DNA of 62,347 nt. Origin: an uncultured Elusimicrobia bacterium (GTDB lineage Bacteria > RUG730). The stretch is taken from assembly GCA_900321865.1 (NCBI GenBank), contig ONXP01000020.1, forward strand, positions 1 through 62,347. The letters are read 5' to 3'. The notes under the pieces were generated by a model that searched no databases, had not been told where the DNA came from, and was given only the letters and a program-made list of their open reading frames with translations. The translations under genes were made by a program, and so were the position numbers. Each line of letters starts with the position of its first letter. Position 1 is the first letter of the stretch. Of this stretch, positions 1 through 9,382 are shown piece by piece.

Positions 1-1249
1 ATTTTTCATCTTTTTCTAACTTTTTAAAACTTAATAATTTATTTCTATAATATTCGTATTGTTTTCTTCGTAATTCTATTTCTGCGGGAATGCCCTCTGA
101 CAAATCATTTATTAATTTATCGAATTTATCTAAAATTTTTACAATTTTTTCTTGTTCATCAATTGGTGGTAATGGAATTTCAAAATTTCTTAATGCATTT
201 AAGCCTAAATTTTTTATAGTTGTTCCTGTTAAGGAATCTATAAAATAATCTTTAGCATTACTTGATTGTAATAAATAGTATAGATATTTTTTCATAATAA
301 CAGAATTATCATTAATATCGAAATATGCAACTGATTTTCCTAAAGCAACTTTTTCATTATTGTATATTGAAACCTTACCTATAGTTCCATTAATAGACAT
401 CATAATAACATCAGTTCCAAAATTGATTTTAATTTTGCTATATGATTCATCTGTTATTTTCTTTGTTTTAGAGTCAAATGTTATTATTCCATCATTCAAA
501 TTATTACCATTAATAAAATAATAGTTTCCATTTTCTGAATATTCAGGTGTTCCATGTAATCCATCGCCTATTTTACATAATTGATTCAATTTAACTTTCA
601 TACTATTATCAAAAACTTTTTTCCATATTTTCCCACGCCAAAACTCGTATTGCTTTTTTCTTAGTTTTAGCTCTCTTTCTAGCTCTCTTTCTAGCTCGCC
701 AAATTTATCAAGGATTCTTACGATTTCGTTTTGAATTTCAAGAGGCGGGAGAGGGATGCTAGTTTTTAATACATTTTCTTTTCTCAAGCCTTTTAATGTT
801 GAACCAACTGATTGATTAGCCCATTGTTCTTGAACATAACTAGAACGTAATAAATGTACTAAATAGTTTGGTAAAATTATTTTTATATTGGGTTTAATCA
901 AAATAACACTTTCACTACAATTCCAATTATCAACAGGTATATCTACAAGAGCAACTTTTCCTATTGTTCCTATTCCACTTAAAAGAATATCATTCATTTC
1001 AAGTTTAGAACGACTTTGAATTTTATTCCAAGCATCTTTATTTATTCTGTCAGTTTTATCTGAAAATATAATTTTTCCCGAAGTCATTTCTTTAACAGTT
1101 ACATAATATAATTCCGCGTTGGGTTCATTCAATTTAAAATTTTGTCTTGGATTTAAACCAGATGAGTATGATTTTATAACATCTTTTAATTCCTTATATT
1201 CAACACCCTTAGGGCAAAGACTTTGAATTAAATTTTTGAGTTTACTCAT
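1..1249 (-). CDS. hsdS: Type I restriction-modification specificity subunit HsdS; the C-terminal end is cut by the window edge
   Basis: It is absent from the ORF track because the frame runs off the left edge. The minus-strand ATG is at 1249-1247. I translated the frame down to nt 2 and found no stop (MSKLKNLIQSLCPKGVEYKELKDV...). There are two variable TRD-like blocks. Each is followed by HsdS conserved helices: IPLPPLEIQNEIVRILDKF...RKKQYEFWR and IPLPPIDEQEKIVKILDKF...RRKQYEYYRNKLLSF. Confidence 0.85.
   Translation of the reverse strand, partial: MSKLKNLIQSLCPKGVEYKELKDVIKSYSSGLNPRQNFKLNEPNAELYYVTVKEMTSGKIIFSDKTDRINKDAWNKIQSRSKLEMNDILLSGIGTIGKVALVDIPVDNWNCSESVILIKPNIKIILPNYLVHLLRSSYVQEQWANQSVGSTLKGLRKENVLKTSIPLPPLEIQNEIVRILDKFGELERELERELKLRKKQYEFWRGKIWKKVFDNSMKVKLNQLCKIGDGLHGTPEYSENGNYYFINGNNLNDGIITFDSKTKKITDESYSKIKINFGTDVIMMSINGTIGKVSIYNNEKVALGKSVAYFDINDNSVIMKKYLYYLLQSSNAKDYFIDSLTGTTIKNLGLNALRNFEIPLPPIDEQEKIVKILDKFDKLINDLSEGIPAEIELRRKQYEYYRNKLLSFKKLEKDEK
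668..697 (-). repeat. In-frame 12-bp tandem repeat inside the hsdS central conserved region
   Basis: Read directly: tagctctctttc at 668-679 and again at 680-691, then a partial third copy tagctc at 692-697. On the coding strand this gives G-ELER-ELER-EL-KLRKKQ between the two TRDs. Confidence 0.9.
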
Positions 1250-1272
1250 TACCAGAAACCTTTAGTTTTTAT

Positions 1273-2586
1273 TTAAAGTTTTGCAAGCCCGATTAAACCA
1301 AAAAGATAAGAAATATCTTCATCTTTAATATTTACATCTAGGCCAAGAGTAAAATCTTGCCTTTCCAAAATATCGCTTATTCCAGCCTTTATAGATGCCC
1401 ACCTGAGAGGAGAATAGATTAGATTCGCATTGATCCATAAAATTTTTTCATAATCTTTGGAAAATCTTTTAGATGAATATAAATCCGTTTCTATGGCAAA
1501 TTGTCCCTTTTTTAGCCTAGAACCCAGTCCTCCGCCAGAATTAATAAGACCTGCATGCAATGAAAAATAATCATTAAAATCCTTTTCTACCAAGGCAGTA
1601 ATAGAATTATATCTTTGGTCACCTTTATCGTATTTATCATCAGTATCAAAATCAAAATTTGCACCCTTTAAAATATATCTTTTATTAGGACTTGTTTGAA
1701 TAACAATCCCGGCCCCCATTCTGCCTAAATCATCATCCATATTATAGGTATAATCTGCATGCCAAAAAATTTCTATATTTTTAACTCTATGAGTTAAATT
1801 TTTTAAATCATTGCCAACATCTTTTATACTATTTATTGCTTCTTTTACCTTGGTAGCAGTTTCGTCGTCATTGACTAATGTGCCGATTGTCCCTTTATCA
1901 CTGTTTAAGGTAGTTATTAAAATGTCTATTTTTTGGGAAGCATTTTTTAAAGATTCTAAGATAGAGCTAATATTTTTTTTGTCTTTATCAGAAAATTGCC
2001 CTAAAAATTTAGAAAAATCTTTGATATTTTTAATTATTTCCTTTATATCTTTTTCATCATCGCCTAGAGCAAGATTCAATTTTTCTGAAATAAGTCTGAT
2101 ATTTTTTAAAATTTTTGCAATCTCGCTACTTTCAAAATCTCCATTGCCTGACAAATTATCAAAAAATGTATTAAATTTTTCCATAACATCGTTTATGCTA
2201 GGAGTATAGTCCCCCAGTAAAATATCGCCTTTTTTTATAAATTCTTGCGAAAAATTTTGATCTTTTTTATAAATTTCTAAAAATTTAGTTCCAACAATCC
2301 CCGTAGATGAAATTCTAAAATTTACATTCTTATGGATTTTTATTTTGTCTTGAATCTTTAAAATTAAAACAACTTTATTTTCTCTCAGCTCCATATCTAT
2401 AACTTTTCCAATTTCTATTCCATTCATCCTAATGGGAGCTCCTTTGGTAAGACCATTTATATCATCAAAAAGAACATTAAATTTATAAAATTTGCCTAAA
2501 GAAAAATTTCCAACATAAAACAATAAAACTAAAAAACTACTCAAAATTAACGAAATAAAAATCCCAAGTTTTATCTCTTTATTCAT
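1273..2586 (-). CDS. MCE/MlaD-family protein with a long C-terminal extension (437 aa)
   Basis: It has an N-terminal TM segment (LGIFISLILSSFLVLLFYV) and then an MlaD-like MCE core (FDDINGLTKGAPIRMNGIEIGKV...). The middle is charged and coiled-coil-like. The last ~170 aa are beta-strand-patterned. Its start abuts the stop of the ABC ATPase gene. Confidence 0.75.
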   Translation of the reverse strand: MNKEIKLGIFISLILSSFLVLLFYVGNFSLGKFYKFNVLFDDINGLTKGAPIRMNGIEIGKVIDMELRENKVVLILKIQDKIKIHKNVNFRISSTGIVGTKFLEIYKKDQNFSQEFIKKGDILLGDYTPSINDVMEKFNTFFDNLSGNGDFESSEIAKILKNIRLISEKLNLALGDDEKDIKEIIKNIKDFSKFLGQFSDKDKKNISSILESLKNASQKIDILITTLNSDKGTIGTLVNDDETATKVKEAINSIKDVGNDLKNLTHRVKNIEIFWHADYTYNMDDDLGRMGAGIVIQTSPNKRYILKGANFDFDTDDKYDKGDQRYNSITALVEKDFNDYFSLHAGLINSGGGLGSRLKKGQFAIETDLYSSKRFSKDYEKILWINANLIYSPLRWASIKAGISDILERQDFTLGLDVNIKDEDISYLFGLIGLAKL

Positions 2587-3318
2587 TTAATCAGCTTCTC
2601 CTCTAATAAATCTTTTTACTATTTCATTATCAGTTTTCATAAAATTTTCTGGCGATCCTCTTTCTATGATTTCCCCATTATTAAGCATTACTATATTATT
2701 AGAAACTTTACTGGCTGTTTTCATATCGTGAGTCACTACGATTGAAGTGATATTTATAGTTTTTTGCAAATGAAGAATTAAATTATTAATCACATCAGAA
2801 TTCAAAGGATCAAGCCCCGTGGTTGGTTCGTCGTATAAAATGTATTTAGGGTTATAACAAATAGCTCTAGCTACAGCAACTCTTTTTTTCATACCGCCAG
2901 AAAGTTCAGAAGGTTTTTGCTTTAAAATATTGTCAGATAAATTAACTTTTTCCAAGGTTTCTTTTACTATTTTTTTTATAGAAACCTCGTCCATATTTTT
3001 TATCCATTTCAAACCAAAGCCAACATTTTCTTCTACAGTCAAAGAATCAAACAATGCTGCTCCCTGAAAAACTATCCCAAAATTTTTTTGAATTTCAAAA
3101 AGCTCATTTTTTGACAATTTCGATAAATCTATTCCATCTACTAAAACTTTTCCGGTATCTGGCATTAAATACCCAAATAAATGCTTTATGATAACACTTT
3201 TTCCCTGTCCACTGCCACCTATAATGGTAAAAGTAGATCCATCAGGAATATTAAAAGAAATATTTTTTAATACTTTTTTGTCTTTAAAAGTTTTTGAAAT
3301 ATTTTTAACTTCTATCAT
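2587..3318 (-). CDS. ABC transporter ATP-binding protein, MlaF-like
   Basis: Walker A GGSGQGKS, signature LSGGMKKR, Walker B ILYDEPTTGLD and H-loop VVTHD are present. The length (243 aa), the FQGAALFDSLTV segment and the position directly upstream of an MCE gene all fit MlaF. Confidence 0.85.
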   Translation of the reverse strand: MIEVKNISKTFKDKKVLKNISFNIPDGSTFTIIGGSGQGKSVIIKHLFGYLMPDTGKVLVDGIDLSKLSKNELFEIQKNFGIVFQGAALFDSLTVEENVGFGLKWIKNMDEVSIKKIVKETLEKVNLSDNILKQKPSELSGGMKKRVAVARAICYNPKYILYDEPTTGLDPLNSDVINNLILHLQKTINITSIVVTHDMKTASKVSNNIVMLNNGEIIERGSPENFMKTDNEIVKRFIRGEAD

Positions 3319-3949
3319 ATTTATTTAAATCATCGTCCAAACTTTTTTGCAAAGAATATAAATATTTAGAAAACTCTTTAGTTTTATCTTCAATTTCGTC
3401 CAAACTAGATACCCAAAAAGGATCCCCATATTTGATATAAATTTTTGTAAAAAATTTTGGAATAATGAACGTATCCCACGATTTTAATTGCCAAAAATTT
3501 TGACTAGATGCTAAAACCGGAACTATTGGCAGTCCAAACTTTTTGGCTAAAAATATTATTCCTTCTTTTGCTTCATATATTGGCCCCCTTGGTCCATCCA
3601 CTGCTATCCCGACACTTTTTTTATTCTTTATTTCTTTAGACATTTTAGCTAGAGCCTTTGCACCACCGTGGCTAGACGAGCCTCTTATGACTTTATAGCC
3701 CAAATCATTCAAAATATTACTAGGATAATCTGCATCTTTATGCCCTGAGGTAAGAATAACTATATTTTTGTTTTTATGAGTTTCAAAAAGCATAAATTGT
3801 CTATTATGCCAAAAAGCAATCAACATTTGCCTATCATCCTTTAAATAATAATCAAAAATTTCTCTATTAAAAATTTTTATCTTTGATGTAAAAAGATTTA
3901 TTTTCATCAAAAAAAGAACAATTTTAGATAAAACTTTTCTAAAAAACAT
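3305..3949 (-). CDS. DUF374 / lysophospholipid-acyltransferase-like family protein
   Basis: The motifs WHNRQF, IRGSSSHGGAKAL and VDGPRGP are characteristic of the DUF374 family. It overlaps the downstream ABC ATPase gene by 14 nt. Confidence 0.65.
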   Translation of the reverse strand: MFFRKVLSKIVLFLMKINLFTSKIKIFNREIFDYYLKDDRQMLIAFWHNRQFMLFETHKNKNIVILTSGHKDADYPSNILNDLGYKVIRGSSSHGGAKALAKMSKEIKNKKSVGIAVDGPRGPIYEAKEGIIFLAKKFGLPIVPVLASSQNFWQLKSWDTFIIPKFFTKIYIKYGDPFWVSSLDEIEDKTKEFSKYLYSLQKSLDDDLNKYDRS

Positions 3950-3967
3950 AACTTTTATCCCAAAAAT

Positions 3968-5197
3968 TTAATTTTCATTTATAAGATTTTTTATAATATT
4001 ATTATAATTATCAATTTCTGTATGAAATTTTATTAAATCAGCATTATTTAACGAAAAATTTGTAGGAATTTTTAAAGATAAATAATTTAAAAATTTTCCA
4101 TCTTTTTTAAACCTAAAATCCAAATGAGGGCCTGTCGCAAGCCCAGTGGATCCGACATAGCAGATGGTTTGCCCCTGCTTTACTTTTGTTCCGACATTTA
4201 TACCTTTTGCATACCCATTTAAATGTCCATACCAAGACTCATATCCCTTGGGGTGTTTAATCTTTAATAAATTTCCAAACCCGCCATTTTTCCCTTTAAA
4301 AATTACCGTTCCATCTCCTATAGAAACAACAGGTGTCCCGCGAGGTGCCGCATAATCTATGCCTAGGTGTGGCCTAACATACTTTAGAATAGGGTGCATT
4401 CTTTTGGTAGTAAAGTATGAGCTAATTCTCTTATACCTAAGTGGAGATTTTAAAAAAAATCTTTGCATAGCCTTGCCTTCACTATCAAAATATCCATTTT
4501 TATAAAAAAAGGCTTCATAAATGTTATTTTTTGCAATATATTTTGCTAATAAAATTTTGGAAAATTTATAATATCCGCTATCAGAATATTCATAACTAAA
4601 TAAGATATAAAATTTATCTTTTTTCCTGGGATCTGTTAAAAAATCTATCTGCCAGGCAAAAATCTCTGACAATTCTATCGCGATATTAGGAGTTCCCCCA
4701 TTAAAAATAATGGCATCGTATAAAGTGCTTTCTATTTCACCTTCTATTATTTTATAGCCAATTTTTATATCAGAAACATAATGATATAAAAGCGATTCTT
4801 TAAAATTTTCATAATTAATTTTTACCCGATATTTTTCCGTCTTTTTAGTATAAATCGAAAAAGATCTTACCCTTTCATTTTGATATTCTATTTCATATTC
4901 ATTTATTGGGGTAATATTTTTAGTGTTTATTTTTGACGATAAAATTCTGTTTATTTCAAAAATTTCTTGTCCTGAAAAGTTTAATCTTTTTAAAACAGAA
5001 TAAACAGAATCTCCTAATCTAAAATTAGATTTGTCAATAAAAATACTAGATTTTTTTTCTAAAGATAAAGGAGAAAAACTGTGAAAATATTTTTTTTGGG
5101 TCACATTCAATCTATGAATATACAAATATAATGCTAAAATAATGCTAAAAATTATAAATAAAAATGCTATTATTAAAACTTTATATATTTTTTTCAT
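3968..5197 (-). CDS. Membrane-anchored M23 (LytM-domain) peptidase
   Basis: It has an N-terminal TM anchor. The C-terminal LytM domain carries HLGIDYAAPRGTPV (HxxxD) and GSTGLATGPHLDFRF. The usual terminal HxH reads H-L-D here. Confidence 0.8.
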   Translation of the reverse strand: MKKIYKVLIIAFLFIIFSIILALYLYIHRLNVTQKKYFHSFSPLSLEKKSSIFIDKSNFRLGDSVYSVLKRLNFSGQEIFEINRILSSKINTKNITPINEYEIEYQNERVRSFSIYTKKTEKYRVKINYENFKESLLYHYVSDIKIGYKIIEGEIESTLYDAIIFNGGTPNIAIELSEIFAWQIDFLTDPRKKDKFYILFSYEYSDSGYYKFSKILLAKYIAKNNIYEAFFYKNGYFDSEGKAMQRFFLKSPLRYKRISSYFTTKRMHPILKYVRPHLGIDYAAPRGTPVVSIGDGTVIFKGKNGGFGNLLKIKHPKGYESWYGHLNGYAKGINVGTKVKQGQTICYVGSTGLATGPHLDFRFKKDGKFLNYLSLKIPTNFSLNNADLIKFHTEIDNYNNIIKNLINEN

Positions 5198-5291
5198 AAA
5201 ACCTCAAATTTCATATATTTTATTAATATTAAATAATTTGACAATTTTTATATTTCGTATATATAATTAATAATTATTTTTGGGAGTTTTT

Positions 5292-6614
5292 ATGGTGTTG
5301 CCCTCGCCCATTTTGAGTATTTTTTTGCTTATTTGTTTAATTCTTTTAAATGCTTTTTTTGCAATGAGTGAAATAGCCATAGTTTCTACCAATGTTAATA
5401 AAATGAAAAAAATGTCCAATTCTGGCAATAAAAAAGCAAAATTATTTTTAAAAATCACGGAATCTCCTTCTATTTTTTTGGCTACTATTCAGCTGGGGAT
5501 TACTTTGTCAGGATTTTTGGCATCTGCCGTTGCAGCAGATAATTTTTCCAAAATTTTAGTCTCAAAGCTCTTATTTCTCGATATAAACAAAAGTTTATTG
5601 CAAGCAATCTGTCTTATAACAATCACAATAATTTTATCATATTTTATGTTAATATTTGGAGAATTGATTCCAAAGAGAATAGCTATAGAATATTCTGAAA
5701 AGATTTCATTAAATGTTATCAAATTTTTATGGTTTTTTTATAAATGTGTTGGGCCTTTTGTAAAATTTTTGTCTTTTACAACTAATAAAATTTTGAGCAT
5801 TTTTGGGATAAAACCTCAAAAAGACAATAAAGTAACAGAGGAAGATATTCTAAATTTAGTTGATGCATCCGAGGAAACTGGTGTTTTAGAAGAAAAGGGA
5901 ATAGATATGATAAAAAATATCTTTGAATTTGAAGATAAAAATATTTCAGAAATAATGACACATAGAACTTCTATTTTTGCAATTAAAGACAATCTTTCTA
6001 TCAATGAATTTTTAAAAATTGTTGAGAATGAAGGCTATTCCAGGATTCCAATATACAAAGAAAATTTGGACAATATTGTCGGAATAGTTTATGTAAAAGA
6101 TTTAATTCCCATCTTTAATAAAGATTTGGATAAATTATCAATTTTAGATTATTCCAGACCTCCTATTTATTTTCCAGAAACGACCAAATGCACCAAACTT
6201 TTAAAGGAATTTCAGGAGAAAAAAATTCATATGGCAGTGGTTATAGATGAATATGGAGGAACTAGTGGTCTTATTACAATGGAAGATTTATTGGAAATAA
6301 TAGTTGGCAACATTCAGGATGAATATGACGAAGAGACCTCTAAATCAAAAGTTTTATCAGAAAATAAATATATTGTGGACGGGACAATGCCACTTGATAA
6401 GATAGAAGAACTTTTTAAAGAAGAAATTTTTGACAAAAAAGACTTTGAAACTATAAATGGTTTTTTAATTGATTTTATTGGCAAAATTCCTTCTGGCAAA
6501 GAAACATTTTCAATAAAAAAAACAAATAGTGAATATATTTTTTCTATTTTGGAAGTAGATCGTAAAAAAATTTTAAAAGTTCAAATAGAAAAAAAATTAC
6601 TTAATAAAAATTGA
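5292..6614 (+). CDS. HlyC/CorC-family transporter (DUF21 membrane domain, CBS pair, CorC_HlyC C-terminal domain)
   Basis: The domain order is recognisable from the translation: four TM segments, then a CBS-pair region, then a C-terminal transporter-associated domain. I place the start at ATG 5292, which follows GGGAG at 5282-5286. The track ORF begins 12 nt earlier at a non-ATG codon. Confidence 0.8.
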   Translation: MVLPSPILSIFLLICLILLNAFFAMSEIAIVSTNVNKMKKMSNSGNKKAKLFLKITESPSIFLATIQLGITLSGFLASAVAADNFSKILVSKLLFLDINKSLLQAICLITITIILSYFMLIFGELIPKRIAIEYSEKISLNVIKFLWFFYKCVGPFVKFLSFTTNKILSIFGIKPQKDNKVTEEDILNLVDASEETGVLEEKGIDMIKNIFEFEDKNISEIMTHRTSIFAIKDNLSINEFLKIVENEGYSRIPIYKENLDNIVGIVYVKDLIPIFNKDLDKLSILDYSRPPIYFPETTKCTKLLKEFQEKKIHMAVVIDEYGGTSGLITMEDLLEIIVGNIQDEYDEETSKSKVLSENKYIVDGTMPLDKIEELFKEEIFDKKDFETINGFLIDFIGKIPSGKETFSIKKTNSEYIFSILEVDRKKILKVQIEKKLLNKN

Positions 6615-6763
6615 CTTTAATCTATAAAATATTGTATTATAAATTATATTTTTTTGAGGTATTTATGTCTTTTCTAGAAAATCTTTTTTCATATCATAAT
6701 ATCAAATCAATAAATATTACAAAAATTACAAAATTTGTCTTTATTTAATTTAAGGGGTAAAAA

Positions 6764-7021
6764 ATGGCAAAAAAACTTTATGTTGGAAACATGAACTACA
6801 GCACAAATGATGTTAGTTTAAAGAATCTATTTTCTGAATATGGAAATGTTCTTTCTGCAAGAGTTATCATAGACAGAATGACAGGTAAATCAAAAGGTTT
6901 TGGTTTTGTTGAAATGGAAAACGACGACGATGCAAAAAAGGCTATCGACACATTGAACGGAAAAGAATTTATGGGCAGAAATCTTAGAGTAAATGAAGCA
7001 ATGGAAAAACCTAGAAATTAA
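6764..7021 (+). CDS. RRM-type RNA-binding protein (85 aa)
   Basis: RNP2 (KLYVGNM) and RNP1 (KGFGFVEM) motifs are present. AAGGGG lies upstream of the ATG. Confidence 0.9.
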   Translation: MAKKLYVGNMNYSTNDVSLKNLFSEYGNVLSARVIIDRMTGKSKGFGFVEMENDDDAKKAIDTLNGKEFMGRNLRVNEAMEKPRN

Positions 7022-7069
7022 TTTTTAAAATAAATAATTTTTAGGAGAAATCTTTATCGTGAGGAAATA

Positions 7070-8059
7070 GTGACTAATAGATTTTGTAATTTTTTGAAGC
7101 TGAATGATTTCAGTATAGAAGAATTGCTAAATATTATTTGGGCAGGATATGAATTAAAATCAGGTATTAGTAAAATTCAAAGGCCTTTTGTAGGTAAAAC
7201 TTTGGCTATGATATTTGAAAAACCTTCTACTAGAACTAGAATTTCCTTTGAAGTAGGAATGTTAGAGTTAGGTGGACATGCGATATATTTAAACTCTAAA
7301 GATTTGCAAATAGGAAGAGGGGAAACTATAGAGGACACAGCTAAAATCTTATCAGACTATGTTGATCTAGTTATGATTAGAACTTTTAAGCAAGAAGATG
7401 TTGAGCTACTGGCAAAGTTTTCTTCTATTCCTATAATAAATGGTTTGACAGATATGTACCATCCTTGTCAGGTTTTGAGTGATGTTTTTTCCATAATGGA
7501 TAAAAAAAAAGAATATTTTGATTTTGATTTTAATAATTTTAATAAAGATAATGTTATGAGAACTTTTAATAACATTAATTTTTTATACATTGGAGATTCT
7601 ACCAGTAATATGGCTAATTCTTTGATGGATGCATCTAGCATTTTTGGGTTAAATTCTTATTTTTTATCTCCTAGTGGTTATGAGCTTGATAAAAATTTAT
7701 ACAAAAATGCTAAAGAAAAAGCTCTTATAAATGGCGGAGATATAAAAAGTATAAAATCTTTGGACGAAATTGACAAAAAAATAGATGTTTTTTATACAGA
7801 TATTTGGATCAGTATGGGAAAAGAAAAAGAGAAACTAGAAAGATATAAGGCTTTTAAAGGATATCAGCTTAATCAAAAATTATTAGATAATTTTGCTAAT
7901 AATAATTGTTTAGTTATGCATTGCCTACCTGCACATAGAGGGGAGGAAATAACTAACGAAGTAATAGAAGGGAAAAACTCTATTGTATTTGAACAAGCTA
8001 AAAATAGGCTTTATATTCAAAAAGCTATTATGCTATATGTCATGAAGGAATTAAGCTAA
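7070..8059 (+). CDS. argF: Ornithine carbamoyltransferase
   Basis: The STRTR carbamoyl-phosphate motif, HPCQ, SMGKE and HCLPAHRGEE are present. The start is GTG after GAGGA. There is an N/F/D-rich ~20-aa insertion (FDFDFNNFNKDNVMRTFNN). Confidence 0.8.
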   Translation: MTNRFCNFLKLNDFSIEELLNIIWAGYELKSGISKIQRPFVGKTLAMIFEKPSTRTRISFEVGMLELGGHAIYLNSKDLQIGRGETIEDTAKILSDYVDLVMIRTFKQEDVELLAKFSSIPIINGLTDMYHPCQVLSDVFSIMDKKKEYFDFDFNNFNKDNVMRTFNNINFLYIGDSTSNMANSLMDASSIFGLNSYFLSPSGYELDKNLYKNAKEKALINGGDIKSIKSLDEIDKKIDVFYTDIWISMGKEKEKLERYKAFKGYQLNQKLLDNFANNNCLVMHCLPAHRGEEITNEVIEGKNSIVFEQAKNRLYIQKAIMLYVMKELS

Positions 8060-8063
8060 ACAA

Positions 8064-9065
8064 ATGAAAAAATATTTATCTGAAATCTTAGAAAACGAAG
8101 AGTTTACTACCGATATTTTTTTAGTTTCTGCTATAGAAAAGATTGCAAAAACTGGTAAAAAATATATTACTGGAGAAGTTCTGGATAAAACCTTAAAATT
8201 AAAATTTAATTTATGGAATATAGAAAATAGAACTCTAGAAAAAAATTGTTATTATAGTTTTACTGGAAAACTAGAAAAATATAATAATTCTTTTCAAATT
8301 AATTTATTTAAATTTAGCAAAAAAAATGAGAAAAATATCGATTTATTAGACTTTAAAAAATCGACCGATCTTAATATTGAAAATTTATACAATGATTTAT
8401 TAAATATTTTATCTGCTATAAAAGATCCTTTTTACAAATTTTTAGCTGATGAGATTTTTGTCAAAAATGAAGATTTTATAAAAAATTTTAAAAACTCTCC
8501 GGCAGCTGAAAAAGTTCATGGAGCATATATAGGTGGACTTTTAGAACACTCCGTGAATATAGCCAAAATGGCAGAAATTTTAGTAAATTTTTACAACGAA
8601 TTTTATTTTTTTGGAAAACTGAGTAAAGATTTGACTGTAATAGGATCCCTTCTGCACGATATAGGAAAAATGTGGGAATATGATTATCATGGAGCTCTGA
8701 TAAAAACCACCAAAAAAGGTGAACTCTTAGGACATATTTATATGTCTAGCAATCTTATAAACGATCTGGCAAACAAATATAAAGCAAAATTTCCAGATTG
8801 TGATATCGATGAAAAATTAATAAAATTAATTCATTTAGTTCTTTCGCATCACGGGAAATTAGAATTTGGAGCTCCTGTCGTTCCAAAAATTCCAGAAGCT
8901 ATTATAGTTTATCATTTGGACAATATTGATGCAAAAATGATAAATTTTCTATCAAATACAAAAAATGCTGTAGAAGAATTTACAGATAGAAATTTTGTAC
9001 ACGAAAATGCGAGACTTTATAATATTTTTTTAGATGAGAAAAGGAGAATAAATTATGAGTCATAA
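8064..9065 (+). CDS. yhaM: YhaM-like 3'-5' exoribonuclease (OB-fold plus HD domain)
   Basis: An N-terminal OB-like region is followed by an HD domain ([35 protein letters not shown]). Confidence 0.65.
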   Translation: MKKYLSEILENEEFTTDIFLVSAIEKIAKTGKKYITGEVLDKTLKLKFNLWNIENRTLEKNCYYSFTGKLEKYNNSFQINLFKFSKKNEKNIDLLDFKKSTDLNIENLYNDLLNILSAIKDPFYKFLADEIFVKNEDFIKNFKNSPAAEKVHGAYIGGLLEHSVNIAKMAEILVNFYNEFYFFGKLSKDLTVIGSLLHDIGKMWEYDYHGALIKTTKKGELLGHIYMSSNLINDLANKYKAKFPDCDIDEKLIKLIHLVLSHHGKLEFGAPVVPKIPEAIIVYHLDNIDAKMINFLSNTKNAVEEFTDRNFVHENARLYNIFLDEKRRINYES

Positions 9066-9243
9066 ATGTATAATTTGTGGAAAAAAAGATATGACAGGAA
9101 ATAATGTCAGTCATTCTCATAGAAAAACAAAAAGAAAATTCCGTGCAAATTTGCAAAATGTCAGAATAATTTTAGATGGAGCTAGACATAAAGAATTAGT
9201 CTGTACATCTTGTATAAAAGCAGGGAAAATTCAAAAAGCATAA
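9055..9243 (+). CDS. rpmB: 50S ribosomal protein L28
   Basis: The sequence [19 protein letters not shown] is diagnostic. CxxC...CxxC zinc-ribbon cysteines are present. AAGGAG lies upstream, and the gene overlaps the yhaM 3' end by 11 nt. Confidence 0.9.
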   Translation: MSHKCIICGKKDMTGNNVSHSHRKTKRKFRANLQNVRIILDGARHKELVCTSCIKAGKIQKA

Positions 9244-9328
9244 AAATAAATTCGAATTTTTACACAATTTTTGCTTTTTTAGCTTTATTTAATTTAAACT
9301 TTTAAAGTGATATTTTTTAATTTTTTTA

Positions 9329-9361
9329 AGAGAACCTTTTTAAAATGGGTTCTCTTTTTTT
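9329..9361 (+). terminator. Rho-independent terminator after rpmB
   Basis: The stem AGAGAACC (9329-9336) pairs with GGTTCTCT (9348-9355) across an 11-nt loop. A T6 run follows. Confidence 0.75.
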
Positions 9362-9382
9362 GCTTTTTATAGGATTATTTTT

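Noticed and set aside
1811-2209. This is a 132-aa plus-strand ORF. Similar antisense ORFs occur at 19231-19671, 26155-26601, 48203-48604 and 61306-61770.
   Set aside because: Each lies entirely antisense to a gene with clear family motifs: MCE, NhaP2-like, TamB-like, PBP2 and RadA. Their translations are low-complexity with no recognisable motifs or ribosome-binding sites. I treat them as shadow ORFs.
6665-6748. A 27-codon sORF (MSFLENLFSYHNIKSINITKITKFVFI) with a GAGGT Shine-Dalgarno lies upstream of the RRM protein gene.
   Set aside because: It could be a leader peptide. However, it is short, has no recognisable features, and cannot be distinguished from chance in AT-rich sequence without conservation or ribosome-profiling data.
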